Counted from the first letter of the stretch, positions 32,484-45,956 are shown. The stretch is DNA of 64,000 nucleotides from an uncultured Clostridia bacterium (GCA_944392545.1 CALXWW010000001.1:153210-217209), one strand, 5' to 3'. The notes: generated by a model from the letters alone, not told the origin. A program made the numbers and translations.

Positions 32484-33200
32484 TTAAAGAGGCTGTTTTA
32501 CTGGGATTCCAGCTTTTCTCGGATACCTTCCTGGTGTTTCTCTTATCTTTCTAATTAATATAATATTTCTTTCTAAATTTCCAGGTAAAATTATATGTTC
32601 TATATCCTCAATTTTTCCTCCAAGAATATCTAAAGCTTTTTTAGATTCTTCTAATTCTTCTTCTATATTTGGTCCTTTCATACATATACATAAACCATTT
32701 TCTTTTAAAAATGGAAGCATATATTCTACTAGAATCCTTAATCTAGCAACAGCCCTTGAAATAACGATATCTATGTTTTCCCTATATTCTTTATCTTTAG
32801 CTAATTCTTCTGCTCTAGCATGTAAAAGTTTTAGCTTATTTAGAGAAAGTTCTTTTTTTACTTCTTCTAAGAAATTAATTCTTTTATTTAAAGAATCTAC
32901 TAATATAAAATCTGTATCTTCATTTAATATTTTTAAAGGAATTCCTGGAAATCCGGCACCTGTGCCAACATCCATTACATTGTTTGCTTCTTTTATATAC
33001 TTATTTATACTAATGCTATCTATAAAGTGTTTAATAATTACTTCTTTTTCATCCGTTATTGCAGTTAAATTTACATTTTTATTCCATTCTAGCATTAATT
33101 TCATATATTGGTATAAATTTTTTATCTCTTTTTCTGTAATTACTATATCTATTTCTTTACAATATTTTAGTATTTCTTCTTCAAATTCTTTATATTCCAT
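32484..33200 (-). CDS. rsmG: 16S rRNA m7G527 methyltransferase
   Basis: GidB fold, VGTGAGFPGIPLKI SAM motif. Confidence 0.9.
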   Translation of the reverse strand: MEYKEFEEEILKYCKEIDIVITEKEIKNLYQYMKLMLEWNKNVNLTAITDEKEVIIKHFIDSISINKYIKEANNVMDVGTGAGFPGIPLKILNEDTDFILVDSLNKRINFLEEVKKELSLNKLKLLHARAEELAKDKEYRENIDIVISRAVARLRILVEYMLPFLKENGLCICMKGPNIEEELEESKKALDILGGKIEDIEHIILPGNLERNIILIRKIRETPGRYPRKAGIPVKQPL

Positions 33201-33203
33201 ATT

Positions 33204-35078
33204 CTATCCTTTCATCTGTTCCAAATATATTAAAAGTACTGATATATCAGCAGGTGAAACTCCTGATATTCTTGAAGCTTGTCCTACAGAATTTGGTTTT
33301 ATTTTATCTAATTTTTGTCTTGCCTCTAATCGTAATCCTTTTATTTTACTATATTCAATATCTGTTGGAAGTATTTTTTCTTCTAATTTTTTAAATTTTT
33401 CTACTTGTTCTTCTTGCAATTTTATATATCCTTCATATTTTATTTGAATTCCTACTTCTTCTTCAACTTCTTCTGGTAAAATTGATCTATTTTTATCAAT
33501 TTCAGCTAACTTTCTATATGTAAGCTCGCTTCTCTTTAGTAAATCTGCCAATTTTACTCCGTTTGTTATTCTTGAAGTATTATTTTTTTCTAAAAATGCA
33601 TTAACTTCCTCTGTCGGTTTTATTACAGTAGTTTTTATTCTCTCTATTTCTTTGATTATTTTTTCTTTTTTCTCTAGAAATTTCTTATATCTTTCTTCAG
33701 AAATCAATCCAATATTATATCCTATTTCTGTTAATCTTAAATCCGCATTATCCTGCCTCAAAAGTAGTCTATATTCTGCTCTGGATGTCATCATTCTGTA
33801 TGGCTCATTCGTTCCCTTTGTTACAATATCATCAATTAAAACACCTATATATGCTTGTGATCTATCTAATATAATAGGATTCTTATTTTGCAGCTTTCTC
33901 GCTGCATTTATTCCTGCCATCAAACCTTGTACTGCAGCTTCTTCATATCCAGAAGTTCCATTTATTTGTCCTGCAAAAAACATTCCTTCTATCTTCTTAT
34001 GCTCTAGCGAAAGTTTTAATTCTGATGGTTCTATACAAGCATATTCTATTGCATATGCTGGTCTTGTAAACTCTGCTTGTTCAAGTCCTGGAATAGTTCT
34101 ATACATTGCTATTTGAACATCCTCTGGAAGTGAAGAACTCATACCTTGTATATACATTTCATCAGTATCTCTTCCTATTGCTTCTACAAATATTTGGTGC
34201 CTTTCTTTATCAGCAAATCTAACCACTTTGTCTTCTATGGAAGGACAATATCTTGGCCCCGTTCCTTCTATTGCACCAGCATATAAAGGTGATCTATGCA
34301 AATTTGCTCTTATAATATCATGTGTTTTTTGATTCGTATACGTTAAATAACATGGTAATTGTTCTTCTTCATCTTTTATTTTGTCTTCAAAAGAAAATGC
34401 TTGAGGATTACTGTCTCCTTCTTGTATTTCCATCTTTGAGAAATCTATGCTATTTTTATTTATTCTTGCTGGTGTTCCTGTTTTAAATCTTATCAAGTTT
34501 ATTCCTAAATTCTTCAATACATTAGATAGTTTGTTTGCAGGAAATACTCCATCTGGTCCGCTTTCAAAAGAAGTCTCCCCTATAAATATTTTTCCTTTTA
34601 GATATGTTCCCGTTGCTAAAATCACACTATCTACATAATAGATAGCCCCTATGTTTGTTTTTACATAACTAACTTTATTATCTTCTACTCCAATATCAAC
34701 TATTTCTGCTTGCTTTAAATACAAGTTGCTCTGCTTTTCTAACGTATGCTTCATTTCTGCCTGATATTTCTTTCTATCTGCTTGTGCTCTTAATGAATAA
34801 ACCGCAGGTCCTTTTGAAGTATTTAACATTCTTATTTGTGTATAAGTTTTGTCTATATTTTTTCCCATCTCTCCACCTAGAGCATCTAATTCTTTAACTA
34901 AATGCCCTTTTGAACTTCCTCCAATATGTGGATTACATGGCATATTTGCTACAGCCTCAAGGCTTATAGAGAACACTAAAGTTTTTAACCCTAAACGTGC
35001 TGCTGCAAGTCCTGCTTCACATCCTGCATGACCCGCCCCAATTACAGCTATATCATATTTTCCAGCATTATACTCCAT
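33204..35078 (-). CDS. mnmG: tRNA uridine 5-carboxymethylaminomethyl modification enzyme
   Basis: FAD motif [15 protein letters not shown], 624 aa. Confidence 0.95.
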   Translation of the reverse strand: MEYNAGKYDIAVIGAGHAGCEAGLAAARLGLKTLVFSISLEAVANMPCNPHIGGSSKGHLVKELDALGGEMGKNIDKTYTQIRMLNTSKGPAVYSLRAQADRKKYQAEMKHTLEKQSNLYLKQAEIVDIGVEDNKVSYVKTNIGAIYYVDSVILATGTYLKGKIFIGETSFESGPDGVFPANKLSNVLKNLGINLIRFKTGTPARINKNSIDFSKMEIQEGDSNPQAFSFEDKIKDEEEQLPCYLTYTNQKTHDIIRANLHRSPLYAGAIEGTGPRYCPSIEDKVVRFADKERHQIFVEAIGRDTDEMYIQGMSSSLPEDVQIAMYRTIPGLEQAEFTRPAYAIEYACIEPSELKLSLEHKKIEGMFFAGQINGTSGYEEAAVQGLMAGINAARKLQNKNPIILDRSQAYIGVLIDDIVTKGTNEPYRMMTSRAEYRLLLRQDNADLRLTEIGYNIGLISEERYKKFLEKKEKIIKEIERIKTTVIKPTEEVNAFLEKNNTSRITNGVKLADLLKRSELTYRKLAEIDKNRSILPEEVEEEVGIQIKYEGYIKLQEEQVEKFKKLEEKILPTDIEYSKIKGLRLEARQKLDKIKPNSVGQASRISGVSPADISVLLIYLEQMKG

Positions 35079-35356
35079 TTTTTACTCCTATTCTTTATAA
35101 ATTTTAATAATATGAAACTCAATATATTAAAAACAAACAATAATATTTTACTTTTTATTTCTAATAATATTATTTTTTCTTTATATAATCACTATTATAT
35201 TTATTTGTTTGTTTTATTGTCTTATTGACAGTGTGATGCTTTTGTCGAAATTTGTCACTTTTTCTGCAAGTGTTCATTTTACTATATAGTAAACATGTAC
35301 TTATATCATTTTTTCTCGTAATATAGTTCCTGTTTTGTCAAAAAGACTTTTTTATT

Positions 35357-36739
35357 CTATTTTCCTAAACAAAACTTCGAAAAAATTTTATTTATTATAT
35401 CTTCTGAAACATTGTTTCCAGTAATCTCTCCTAAATCTTCTAATATTTCTTTAATACATACTGCTGTAATATCTATTGGCATTTTATCTTGTATACTCTC
35501 TATTGCTTTTATAGTGTTATTTTTAGCTTTACATATTAAATTTTTGTGTCTGATATTTGTAATTATAATTCCGTCGTTTACTTCTATTTCTTTTTTATTA
35601 AATAAATTTGAAATTTCTTCATATAATTCTTTAATACCATCTTCTGTTCTCATAGAAGCTTTTATAACCGTTTTATTTAAATTAGATATATAATTTATTG
35701 TTTCCATATTTTTTTGGCTTAAATCGCATTTATTTAATAATATTATACTTTTTCTGTTTTCTATTAATTTAAGCACTTTAAAATCTTCTTCTTCTAACTT
35801 TTTAGTACTATCAAAAATTGCAATTATTAAATCTGCATCTTGTGCAAGTTTTATAGCTTTTTGTACTCCTATTTTTTCTACAAAGTCCTCTGTATCTCTT
35901 ATTCCTGCCGTATCAACTACTTTTAATGGTATTCCGTTTATATTAATAAATTCTTCTATTGTGTCTCTTGTTGTTCCAGCATAATCACTTACAATTGCTC
36001 TTTCCTCCCTTAATATCACATTTAATAAAGAAGATTTTCCTGCGTTTGGCTTTCCTATTATAATAGTTTTTATACCTTCTTTTAATAACCTACCACTTTC
36101 AAAGCTTTTTTCTAATAATTCTAATTTTTCCTTCTCTTTTTTTAAAAGCTTTATAGTTTTCTCTTCTGTAGTTTCTTCTATATCATATTCTGGATAATCA
36201 ATAGAAGCTTCTATATCTGATATAATTTCTAATAAATTAGCTCTTATCTTTTCTATTTCTTTTGATAGACTTCCTTGTAACTGTTCAAATGAAGCTTCTG
36301 CTTCTCTATCTGTTTTAGCGTTTATAATATCTATAACTGATTCTGCTTGAGACAAGTCAATTCTTCCATTTAAAAATGCTCTTTTTGTAAATTCTCCAGG
36401 TTCTGCTAAATCCGCACCATTATTTAGACACTGTTCTAATATTTTCTTCTCAATAATAACCCCCCCATGCGAATTTATTTCGCACATATTTTCTGTTGTA
36501 TAGCTTTTAGGAGATCTAAAAAAAGATACTAATACTTCGTCTATTTTCTCTTTTGTGCTTGTGTCTATTATATATCCATATTTTATTGTATATCCTTCTA
36601 CTTTATCCAAATCTACATTTTTATTTTTTGGTACAAATATTTTCTTTAATACCTCAAAACATTTGTCACCACTCATACGTATAATTCCAATTCCTCCTGC
36701 ACCTGTTGCTGTAGCTATTGCTGCTATAGTATTACTCAT
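35357..36739 (-). CDS. mnmE: tRNA modification GTPase
   Basis: G-domain GKPNAGKSSLLN / DTAGIR / NKCD and a C-terminal CxGK (CLGK). Confidence 0.95.
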   Translation of the reverse strand: MSNTIAAIATATGAGGIGIIRMSGDKCFEVLKKIFVPKNKNVDLDKVEGYTIKYGYIIDTSTKEKIDEVLVSFFRSPKSYTTENMCEINSHGGVIIEKKILEQCLNNGADLAEPGEFTKRAFLNGRIDLSQAESVIDIINAKTDREAEASFEQLQGSLSKEIEKIRANLLEIISDIEASIDYPEYDIEETTEEKTIKLLKKEKEKLELLEKSFESGRLLKEGIKTIIIGKPNAGKSSLLNVILREERAIVSDYAGTTRDTIEEFININGIPLKVVDTAGIRDTEDFVEKIGVQKAIKLAQDADLIIAIFDSTKKLEEEDFKVLKLIENRKSIILLNKCDLSQKNMETINYISNLNKTVIKASMRTEDGIKELYEEISNLFNKKEIEVNDGIIITNIRHKNLICKAKNNTIKAIESIQDKMPIDITAVCIKEILEDLGEITGNNVSEDIINKIFSKFCLGK

Positions 36740-36904
36740 TTTTCTCTCCTTTCTAATTAAAAAACTCTCTTTATTATATGATATATTTTTTAGCTGTATT
36801 TTATATAAATAAAAGCCAAAGCAAATTTATAGCATATATAAATAAATTTTAATATTATCTATCTATATGTAACTAAAATCTTCACTTTGACTTCGGATTT
36901 TATA

Positions 36905-37594
36905 TTATTTTTTTGAAATTACAACTTTTCTGTATGGTTCTTCACCTATACTATAAGTTTTTACTTTGTTACTAGATTGTAATCTATTATGTATAATCTT
37001 TCTTTCATAAGCCATCATTGGTTCTAATGTAATCGCCTTTCCTGTCCTTATAACAGTTTTTGAAATTTTATCTGCTAATTCTTCCAATGACTTTTCTCTT
37101 TTTTCCCTATAATCACTAATATTTAATATAATTCTAGTTTTTTCCTTTGATGCTCTATTTGAAACAGAATTTAATATTAACTGAAAAGCATTTAATACTT
37201 CTCCTCTATATCCTATTAATATTTTTGAATCCTTCCCATTTATATTTACTTTTAAAAAACCATTTATTACATCTATACTAGTATCATATTTTAAATCTTC
37301 AAAGTTCTTAACAAATTCATCTAAAAATTTATCTATTTTTTCTTTTGATAAATTTAATTCACTTTCACTTATTTTAACTTCTTTTTCTACATGCTTTCTA
37401 TTTTCATCTACATTTTCTTTTAGAGACATCTCTATTTTTACTACTCTTGGTGACAATATACTAAAGAAACTTCTTTTATCATGTTCTTCTAGAACTTTTA
37501 TATTAACATTTTCTTTTGAAGTATTCAACATTTTTAATCCATTAGAAATTGCCTCTGTTGTTGTTTTTCCTTCTGCTATAATAGATTTAGACAT
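36905..37594 (-). CDS. jag: Jag/KhpB RNA-binding protein (KH + R3H)
   Basis: 229 aa, overlapping the yidC stop, as in the conserved yidC-jag operon. Confidence 0.85.
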   Translation of the reverse strand: MSKSIIAEGKTTTEAISNGLKMLNTSKENVNIKVLEEHDKRSFFSILSPRVVKIEMSLKENVDENRKHVEKEVKISESELNLSKEKIDKFLDEFVKNFEDLKYDTSIDVINGFLKVNINGKDSKILIGYRGEVLNAFQLILNSVSNRASKEKTRIILNISDYREKREKSLEELADKISKTVIRTGKAITLEPMMAYERKIIHNRLQSSNKVKTYSIGEEPYRKVVISKK

Positions 37595-38447
37595 TTTGCT
37601 TTTCCTCCTTATGTTTTATAACCGCATCTATAATTAATTTTTCTGTAATTATTAAAATATTGCTTATAAACCAATATAAAGCTAGTCCTAAAGGTGCTAT
37701 AAATGCAATAAATACAGACATTAGTGGCAACATATACATCATATTTTTATTCATAGCTTCCATAGCTTCCATTTCATTTGGCTCGCTTTGAATCTCTGCA
37801 TTTGTTCCATCTGTAATAGCTTTTCTTTCATCTTTCTTCTTTTTAGTCATGTTATTATTTATTTTAATTGATAATACAGATGAAATAACATATAAAATAG
37901 GAATAATATATACAGTCCAATCATTTAAATTGCTACTTGGCACTTTGCTTAAATCTAAACCAAGAAAATCCATATTTAAATTTATTCTTGCATCTTGTGA
38001 TCCAAATTTATTAATTATTGCTATTTCTGTATAAGTTGATTGTTCTCCATTCTCTTGTAATTGAGTTTTATAATTGTTGATTATATTTGTATCAATCCTT
38101 TTCATATATGTCAAAGGTTGACTTACAAGCCAAAATACTGAAAGAATTATTATTATTTGTATTATAGAACTGAAACATCCAGCAAAAGGACTTAATTTCT
38201 CTCTTTTATATAAATCAATAGTTTCTTGATTAAGCTTTTCTGGATTATTTTTATACTTTCTCTGTATTTCCTTCATTTCTTCTTGAAGTTTTGCTGATTT
38301 TTTTAATGATTTTTGTTGTTTTATGGTAATTGGTATCAATATAATTCTTAATATTATTGAAAATACAATTATAGCAATACCATAATTATTAAATACTGAA
38401 TATAAAGCATTTAATAAATATCCAAATAATTTTGAAATTGCGCCCAT
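37587..38447 (-). CDS. yidC: Membrane protein insertase YidC/SpoIIIJ
   Basis: Polytopic. CFSSIIQIIIILSVFWLV and the conserved C-terminal region. Confidence 0.9.
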   Translation of the reverse strand: MGAISKLFGYLLNALYSVFNNYGIAIIVFSIILRIILIPITIKQQKSLKKSAKLQEEMKEIQRKYKNNPEKLNQETIDLYKREKLSPFAGCFSSIIQIIIILSVFWLVSQPLTYMKRIDTNIINNYKTQLQENGEQSTYTEIAIINKFGSQDARINLNMDFLGLDLSKVPSSNLNDWTVYIIPILYVISSVLSIKINNNMTKKKKDERKAITDGTNAEIQSEPNEMEAMEAMNKNMMYMLPLMSVFIAFIAPLGLALYWFISNILIITEKLIIDAVIKHKEEKQNV

Positions 38448-38459
38448 ATTTCCTCCAAA

Positions 38460-38678
38460 TTATCTTAATGGATCATATCCACCTTTTGAAAATGGATTAC
38501 ATCTAAAAAGCCTTTTTATTCCCAAAAAAGTTCCTTTTAAAGCACCATATTTTTCAATAGCTTGTTTCATGTAATCAGAACAAGTAGGATAATATTTACA
38601 TTCTATACCAATTGCTTTGAAAATTGGCGAAATAAATTTTTTATATAACTTTAATAAGAAAAGTAATATCTTTTTCAT
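38460..38678 (-). CDS. yidD: Membrane protein insertion efficiency factor YidD
   Basis: 72 aa, ...YYPTCSDY...RCNPF... signature. Confidence 0.85.
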   Translation of the reverse strand: MKKILLFLLKLYKKFISPIFKAIGIECKYYPTCSDYMKQAIEKYGALKGTFLGIKRLFRCNPFSKGGYDPLR

Positions 38679-38702
38679 AATATTTTATTAATGAAACTTA
38701 AT

Positions 38703-39059
38703 CTAACAATAATCTAACAATTTAGATTTTTTCAATAAATTTATCATATCATTTTTTATAATATAATAATTAGCTTCATCTGCCCTTTCTTTTTTATTCC
38801 ATAAAAAAACAATGTCATATCCTTGTTTTAAATCTTTTTTGATAAGTCTATAATTTTCTCTAATTAATCTCTTTATTTTATTTCTTTGCACAGCCCCACA
38901 CTTCTTAATGCTTACGGCTATACCAATTTCATTAACATTCTTATTGTTTTTTAATATATATATATATATTTGTCTTCCAATATAAAATTTTCCTTTTGAC
39001 AATACATTTTTAAATTCATAATTTTTTTTCAAGGTTATTATTTTTCTCATTAAAATCAC
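38703..39059 (-). CDS. rnpA: RNase P protein component
   Basis: LKKNYEFKNVLSKGK...AVQRNKIKRLIRE pattern. Confidence 0.85.
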   Translation of the reverse strand: MILMRKIITLKKNYEFKNVLSKGKFYIGRQIYIYILKNNKNVNEIGIAVSIKKCGAVQRNKIKRLIRENYRLIKKDLKQGYDIVFLWNKKERADEANYYIIKNDMINLLKKSKLLDYC

Positions 39060-39099
39060 TCATATTTCAAAAAAGATCACTTTTAAGTGACCTAATATT

Positions 39100-39234
39100 T
39101 TACGCACTTAGTTTTTTTCTTCCTTTTGCACGTCTTGCTTTTAATACATTTCTTCCTGATTTAGTTTTCATTCTTTTCATGAATCCATGTTCTTTTTGTT
39201 CTTGTCTTTTTTTTGGTTGATATGTTCTTTTCAT
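39100..39234 (-). CDS. rpmH: 50S ribosomal protein L34
   Basis: The minus-strand translation is [44 protein letters not shown]. This ORF is not in the supplied track. Confidence 0.9.
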   Translation of the reverse strand: MKRTYQPKKRQEQKEHGFMKRMKTKSGRNVLKARRAKGRKKLSA

Positions 39235-39507
39235 TTTGCACCTCCTATTTGAATATATATAACCGTCTTCGGATTTATTTTACTAATAATAAGCTTTATT
39301 ATTATATCCTAAAATTCCCAGCAAGTCAATACAAAAACCACATTTTTTAAATACAAAAACCACATTTTTTAAATAAATATTTTTTTATATTGACTATTTT
39401 ATAATTTATTTGATATTATATAACAATATTGTGGATAATTATGTGTATAACTTTTATACACTTTATATATAAATTTACTCATAATATTTTGGAAGGACTG
39501 AAAATCA
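39235..39507 (+). promoter_or_regulatory. dnaA upstream region with DnaA boxes (oriC left part)
   Basis: TGTGGATAA (a perfect reverse box) at 39430-39438, and TGTGTATAA (one mismatch) at 39442-39450. GGAAGGA RBS before dnaA. Confidence 0.6.
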
Positions 39508-40848
39508 ATGCAAAGAGAAGAATTAAATGAACTTTTAACAAAAGCAAAAGAACTTTTAAAAAACGAAGTTACAAAGATTGCCTATGAAACTTGGATAAGA
39601 GATTTAGATATTGAAAGTGCTGAAAATAACAACATAGTCTTAATAGCAAATAACGCATTTCAAAAAGAATCCATACTTTCAAGATATCATGATTTATTTA
39701 AAAATACATTTAATTATATAACTAATAGAAATTGTGAAATAACTGTAATTCTAAAAGATGATGTCTCAGAAGAAGAGTTACAAGTTGCTAAACAATTATC
39801 AAATACAGTTAATAATTATCCAAATTCTACATTAAATCCAAAATATACTTTTGAAAGCTTTGTTGTTGGAAATAATAATAGATTTGCACATGCTGCAGCA
39901 CTAGCAGTAGCAGAAGCACCAGCAACAGCTTACAATCCACTTTTTATTTATGGTGGTGTTGGACTTGGAAAAACACATTTAATGCAAGCTATAGCAAATG
40001 AAATATTATTAAATAATAGAAGTGCAAAAATTTTATATGTTACTTCTGAAACTTTTACTAACCAATTAATTAACGCTATAAAAGATGGTAAAGGCGAAAT
40101 GTTTAGAAATAAATATAGAAATATAGATGTACTTTTAATAGATGATATTCAATTTATAGCAGGAAAAGAAAGAATTCAAGAGGAGTTTTTCCACACTTTC
40201 AACACATTACATGAGAATAGAAAACAAATAATAATTTCAAGTGATAAACCTCCAAAAGATATAAATTTAATAGAAGATAGATTAAAATCTAGATTTGAGT
40301 GGGGATTAATTGCAGATATTTCAAATCCAGATTATGAAACTCGTTTAGCAATACTTAGAAAAAAGGCGCAATTAGATAATATAATAATTGATGACGAAAT
40401 TCTAAGTGATATAGCAACAAAAATAGATTCAAACATAAGAGAACTAGAAGGAATTCTAAATAAACTAATTGCTAATGCATCATTAACAAATTGTCCAATA
40501 ACTATGGAAATGGCTGAAAAATCAATTAATGATGTAATTACTAAAAAAGATAAAGTATTATCTTTAGAGTTAATACAAGAAACCGTGTCAAAATATTTTA
40601 ATGTGACAGTAGAAGAATTAAAGGGTGTAAAAAGATCAAATGATGTAACTTTCCCAAGGCAAATAGCAATGTATTTATGTAGAAATGTTGCACAATTACC
40701 TCTAACTAAGATAGGAGACGGATTTGGTAAAAGAGATCACACAACTGTAATACACGCATGTACAAAAATAGAAAAAGAAATACAAAACAATGTAAGTACA
40801 AAAAGAATTGTGGAAAGTGTGAAAAACATATTGCTTAATGACAAGTAA
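39508..40848 (+). CDS. dnaA: Chromosomal replication initiator DnaA
   Basis: AAA+ motifs GGVGLGKTHLMQAIAN and LLIDDIQF, and a C-terminal DNA-binding domain. Confidence 0.95.
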   Translation: MQREELNELLTKAKELLKNEVTKIAYETWIRDLDIESAENNNIVLIANNAFQKESILSRYHDLFKNTFNYITNRNCEITVILKDDVSEEELQVAKQLSNTVNNYPNSTLNPKYTFESFVVGNNNRFAHAAALAVAEAPATAYNPLFIYGGVGLGKTHLMQAIANEILLNNRSAKILYVTSETFTNQLINAIKDGKGEMFRNKYRNIDVLLIDDIQFIAGKERIQEEFFHTFNTLHENRKQIIISSDKPPKDINLIEDRLKSRFEWGLIADISNPDYETRLAILRKKAQLDNIIIDDEILSDIATKIDSNIRELEGILNKLIANASLTNCPITMEMAEKSINDVITKKDKVLSLELIQETVSKYFNVTVEELKGVKRSNDVTFPRQIAMYLCRNVAQLPLTKIGDGFGKRDHTTVIHACTKIEKEIQNNVSTKRIVESVKNILLNDK

Positions 40849-41175
40849 TTGCAAATAGATAGATTGAATGCAATTTATAAAAAATACGTTTGATAAATAA
40901 ATGTTTGATACAAATACAATCAATCTTTACTTACGGAACAGCCAGAAAGACTATCCACATAATAATGTGAAAAGTATGTTAATAACATGTTGATACTTTA
41001 GTTTTACACATCGTAGAAAAATTTTTGTAGATAACTTTTTTAATTATCCACTAAATTATCAACATAAAATTCATTAGGGAGATAAGCTTTCCACATAGTT
41101 TTCCACATTATCCACATAACCTACTACTACTACTACTAAAAATATTTATATTATATTATAAAGGAGAGAAGCAAA
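40849..41175 (+). promoter_or_regulatory. oriC DnaA-box cluster and AT-rich unwinding element between dnaA and dnaN
   Basis: Boxes cTATCCACA (40951-40959), TTATCCACt (41044-41052), TTtTCCACA (41099-41107) and a perfect TTATCCACA (41108-41116), then (TAC)6 and an AT run at 41121-41165. Confidence 0.75.
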
Positions 41176-42294
41176 ATGAAACTTATTTGTGAAAAGGATA
41201 ATATCCTTAAAGCACTTAATTCCGTAACAAAAGCGGTAGCTACAAAGACAACAATGCCTATACTAGAAGGAATATTAATTCAAACAAATGATAATGAAGT
41301 TAAATTTACAACATATGATTTAGAAATTGGTATAGAATATGTAATTAATTGTGAAGTAAAAGATCAAGGTGCAACAGTAGTTAATGCAATAATGTTTAGT
41401 GAAATTATTAGAAGATTACCAGATTCTGAAATAAAAATTACTTTAGATGAAAAAAATTTATTAGTTATAGAATGTGAAGGTTCTTTATATAAGTTAGCAA
41501 CAATGAATCCAGATGAATTTCCAGAACTTCCACAAATTAATATAGAAAATTCTATTGAAATGGAACAAAATTCATTAAAAGATATGATTAGAAAAACAAT
41601 ATTTGCAGTAAGTACTGAAGAAAATAGACCAATATTTACAGGTTGTTTATTTGAAATAAAAAATAATAAATTAAATGTGGTTGCAGTTGATGGTTTTAGA
41701 TTGGCTTGGAAGAGTAAATTTTTACAAAACAAGATAAATGATTTTTCAGCAGTAATACCAGGAAGAACTCTAAATGAAATAAATAAAATAATGATAGATT
41801 CTTATGATACTATAAAAATAGGAGTTGCTAAAAATCAGGCATTATTTGAAATGGAAAATTGTAAAATAGTTACTAGATTATTAGATGGGGAATTTTTAAA
41901 TTATTCAAGTGTGATTCCAGAAAATTGGGAAACAAGAATACGTGTGGATAAAAATACAATACAAAACTGTTTTGAAAGAATTAGCCTTATTTCATCATCT
42001 AGTATAGAAAAAGAAAAAAAATATCCTGTAAAAGTGAATGTAGATATTGGAAAAGTAACAATTTCTTGTACTAATCAAACGGGTGATGCAAAAGAAGAAA
42101 TGTATGTTACAACAGAAGGAAAGAATTTAGAAGCAGGATTTAATCCTAAATATTTTCTAGATGCATTAAGAAATATAGATGACCAAGAAGTATTTATTGA
42201 TTTTGGTACAAGCATATCACCATGTATAATAAGACCTGTTGAAGAAGGTGGAGATTATATTTACATGGTACTTCCAATAAGAATGAAAGAATAA
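41176..42294 (+). CDS. dnaN: DNA polymerase III beta sliding clamp
   Basis: 372 aa, MKLICEKDNILKALNSVTKAV, three-domain clamp length. Confidence 0.95.
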   Translation: MKLICEKDNILKALNSVTKAVATKTTMPILEGILIQTNDNEVKFTTYDLEIGIEYVINCEVKDQGATVVNAIMFSEIIRRLPDSEIKITLDEKNLLVIECEGSLYKLATMNPDEFPELPQINIENSIEMEQNSLKDMIRKTIFAVSTEENRPIFTGCLFEIKNNKLNVVAVDGFRLAWKSKFLQNKINDFSAVIPGRTLNEINKIMIDSYDTIKIGVAKNQALFEMENCKIVTRLLDGEFLNYSSVIPENWETRIRVDKNTIQNCFERISLISSSSIEKEKKYPVKVNVDIGKVTISCTNQTGDAKEEMYVTTEGKNLEAGFNPKYFLDALRNIDDQEVFIDFGTSISPCIIRPVEEGGDYIYMVLPIRMKE

Positions 42295-42506
42295 ATACAA
42301 AAAAAGAATGAAAAAATATTAGTTATCCACAAACGAGTATTAAAGTGTGGATAACAAGAGAAAAAACATAGAAAATATATAACAAAATTTTTATTTTAAT
42401 AACATTATTAATTTTTATAGTAATATGTATTATTTACATATATACTAATACTCTATATATAATAAATGAAATTATTAAATAAATAAGCTATAAGAAGGAC
42501 ATAAAA

Positions 42507-43574
42507 ATGTACATAGAAAAAATAAAATTAACTAATTTTAGAAATTATAAACAATTAGATTTAAATTTAAATAAAAATATAAACATTATATATGGAAATA
42601 ATGCACAGGGTAAAACTAATATCCTAGAATCTATATTTTTATGTAGTTTTGGAAAATCCTTTAGAACTTCAAAAGAAAAAGAAATGATAAAGTTTAATGA
42701 AAAAAACTCAATAGTTGAAATATTTTATCAAAAAAAGGATAGAAACGGAAAAATTAAAATAGAAATAGGAGATAAGAAGCAAATATATTTAAATGGTATA
42801 AAGATAAAAAAGCTTAGTGAACTCTTAGGTAATATAAATATTGTTATATTTACACCAGATGATATAAATATTTTAAAAGAGGGACCTGCAAATAGGAGAA
42901 GGTTTTTAGATATGATGATAGGTCAATTAAGACCGAGTTATGTGTATAACTTAAATATGTATTTAAAAACAATTGAACAAAGAAATAATTATTTAAGACA
43001 AATAAAAGAAGAAAACAAACCAGAAGAAATGCTAGAAATATGGGATGAAAAATTAGCAGATTATGGAGAAAAAATATTTAATTATAGAAATGAGTTTATA
43101 GAGAAAATTTCAAAAAGAATTAATCAAATTCATAATGGAATTACTGAAAATAAAGAAGAATTAAAAATTGAGTATATATCAAATTGTGAAAAAAAGGACA
43201 CTTATTTAAAAATATTAAAAGAAAGAAGAAAATTAGATATAATAAAAGGTTTTACAACAAAGGGTGTACATAGAGATGATTTTATGATATATATTAATGG
43301 TAAAGAGGTAAATGTTTATGGTTCACAAGGGCAAAATAGAACAGTAATTTTATCTTTAAAACTTTCGGAACTTAATGTAGTTTATGAAGAAATAGGAGAA
43401 TATCCAATATTACTATTAGATGATTTTATGTCTGAATTGGATGAAGAAAGAAGAAAAAATTTTTTAAATAATATAAAAGATACACAAGTTATTTTAACAG
43501 GAACAGAAAAAATAGATTTACCTAATTTAGAATATAATTTATATAATATAAAAAAAGGAGAAGTTTTATTATAA
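42507..43574 (+). CDS. recF: DNA replication and repair protein RecF
   Basis: Walker A GNNAQGKTNILESI and ABC signature/D-loop LLLDDFMSELD. Confidence 0.9.
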   Translation: MYIEKIKLTNFRNYKQLDLNLNKNINIIYGNNAQGKTNILESIFLCSFGKSFRTSKEKEMIKFNEKNSIVEIFYQKKDRNGKIKIEIGDKKQIYLNGIKIKKLSELLGNINIVIFTPDDINILKEGPANRRRFLDMMIGQLRPSYVYNLNMYLKTIEQRNNYLRQIKEENKPEEMLEIWDEKLADYGEKIFNYRNEFIEKISKRINQIHNGITENKEELKIEYISNCEKKDTYLKILKERRKLDIIKGFTTKGVHRDDFMIYINGKEVNVYGSQGQNRTVILSLKLSELNVVYEEIGEYPILLLDDFMSELDEERRKNFLNNIKDTQVILTGTEKIDLPNLEYNLYNIKKGEVLL

Positions 43575-43822
43575 TGTATGTTCATATAGGAAAAGATATT
43601 GTAATTAATTCAGAAAAGATTATATCAATTTTAGATATAGAATCATTAGAAAAAAAGAAAAATTTAGAAGAAGTATTACAAAATTTAAAAATTAGTGATA
43701 ATATAATAGATGTATCAGAAGGAAATAAAAAATCTTTGATAATTTTAGAAAAAAATGATAAGATTTTTGGGTATATTACTAATATTTCATCAAGTACTAT
43801 TGCTAAAAGAGCTAGTAAATAG
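43574..43822 (+). CDS. remB: DUF370 / RemB (YaaB)-like small protein
   Basis: 82 aa between recF and gyrB, the conserved position of yaaB/remB. Confidence 0.7.
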   Translation: MYVHIGKDIVINSEKIISILDIESLEKKKNLEEVLQNLKISDNIIDVSEGNKKSLIILEKNDKIFGYITNISSSTIAKRASK

Positions 43823-45772
<1,950 letters not shown>

Positions 45773-45786
45773 CAATTTGTAAAAAT

Positions 45787-45840
45787 AAATAGGTAAATAA
45801 TTAATAGATTAAATATTAATTATTTACCTATTTATATATT
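45787..45840 (+). terminator. gyrB terminator
   Basis: aaataggtaaataattaa...ttaattatttacctattt stem-loop. Confidence 0.6.
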
Positions 45841-45920
45841 TGGAGATAAAAAAGTTATTGATAATAAAACAATAACAAAACAATGTACAAAAAATGTCGA
45901 AAATTAGAGTACGGTTTTTC

Positions 45921-45956
45921 TTGAAAAGTTAATAAAAATATGGTATAAAAAAGAGA
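45921..45956 (+). promoter_or_regulatory. Candidate strong sigma-A promoter for the VirB4 operon
   Basis: TTGAAA, a 17-nt spacer, then tgGTATAAA, an extended -10. Confidence 0.45.

Noticed and set aside
35028-35228. 66-aa ORF in the mnmG upstream region
   Set aside because: Asn/Ile/Leu low-complexity product. The region is better explained as promoter/0A-box DNA.
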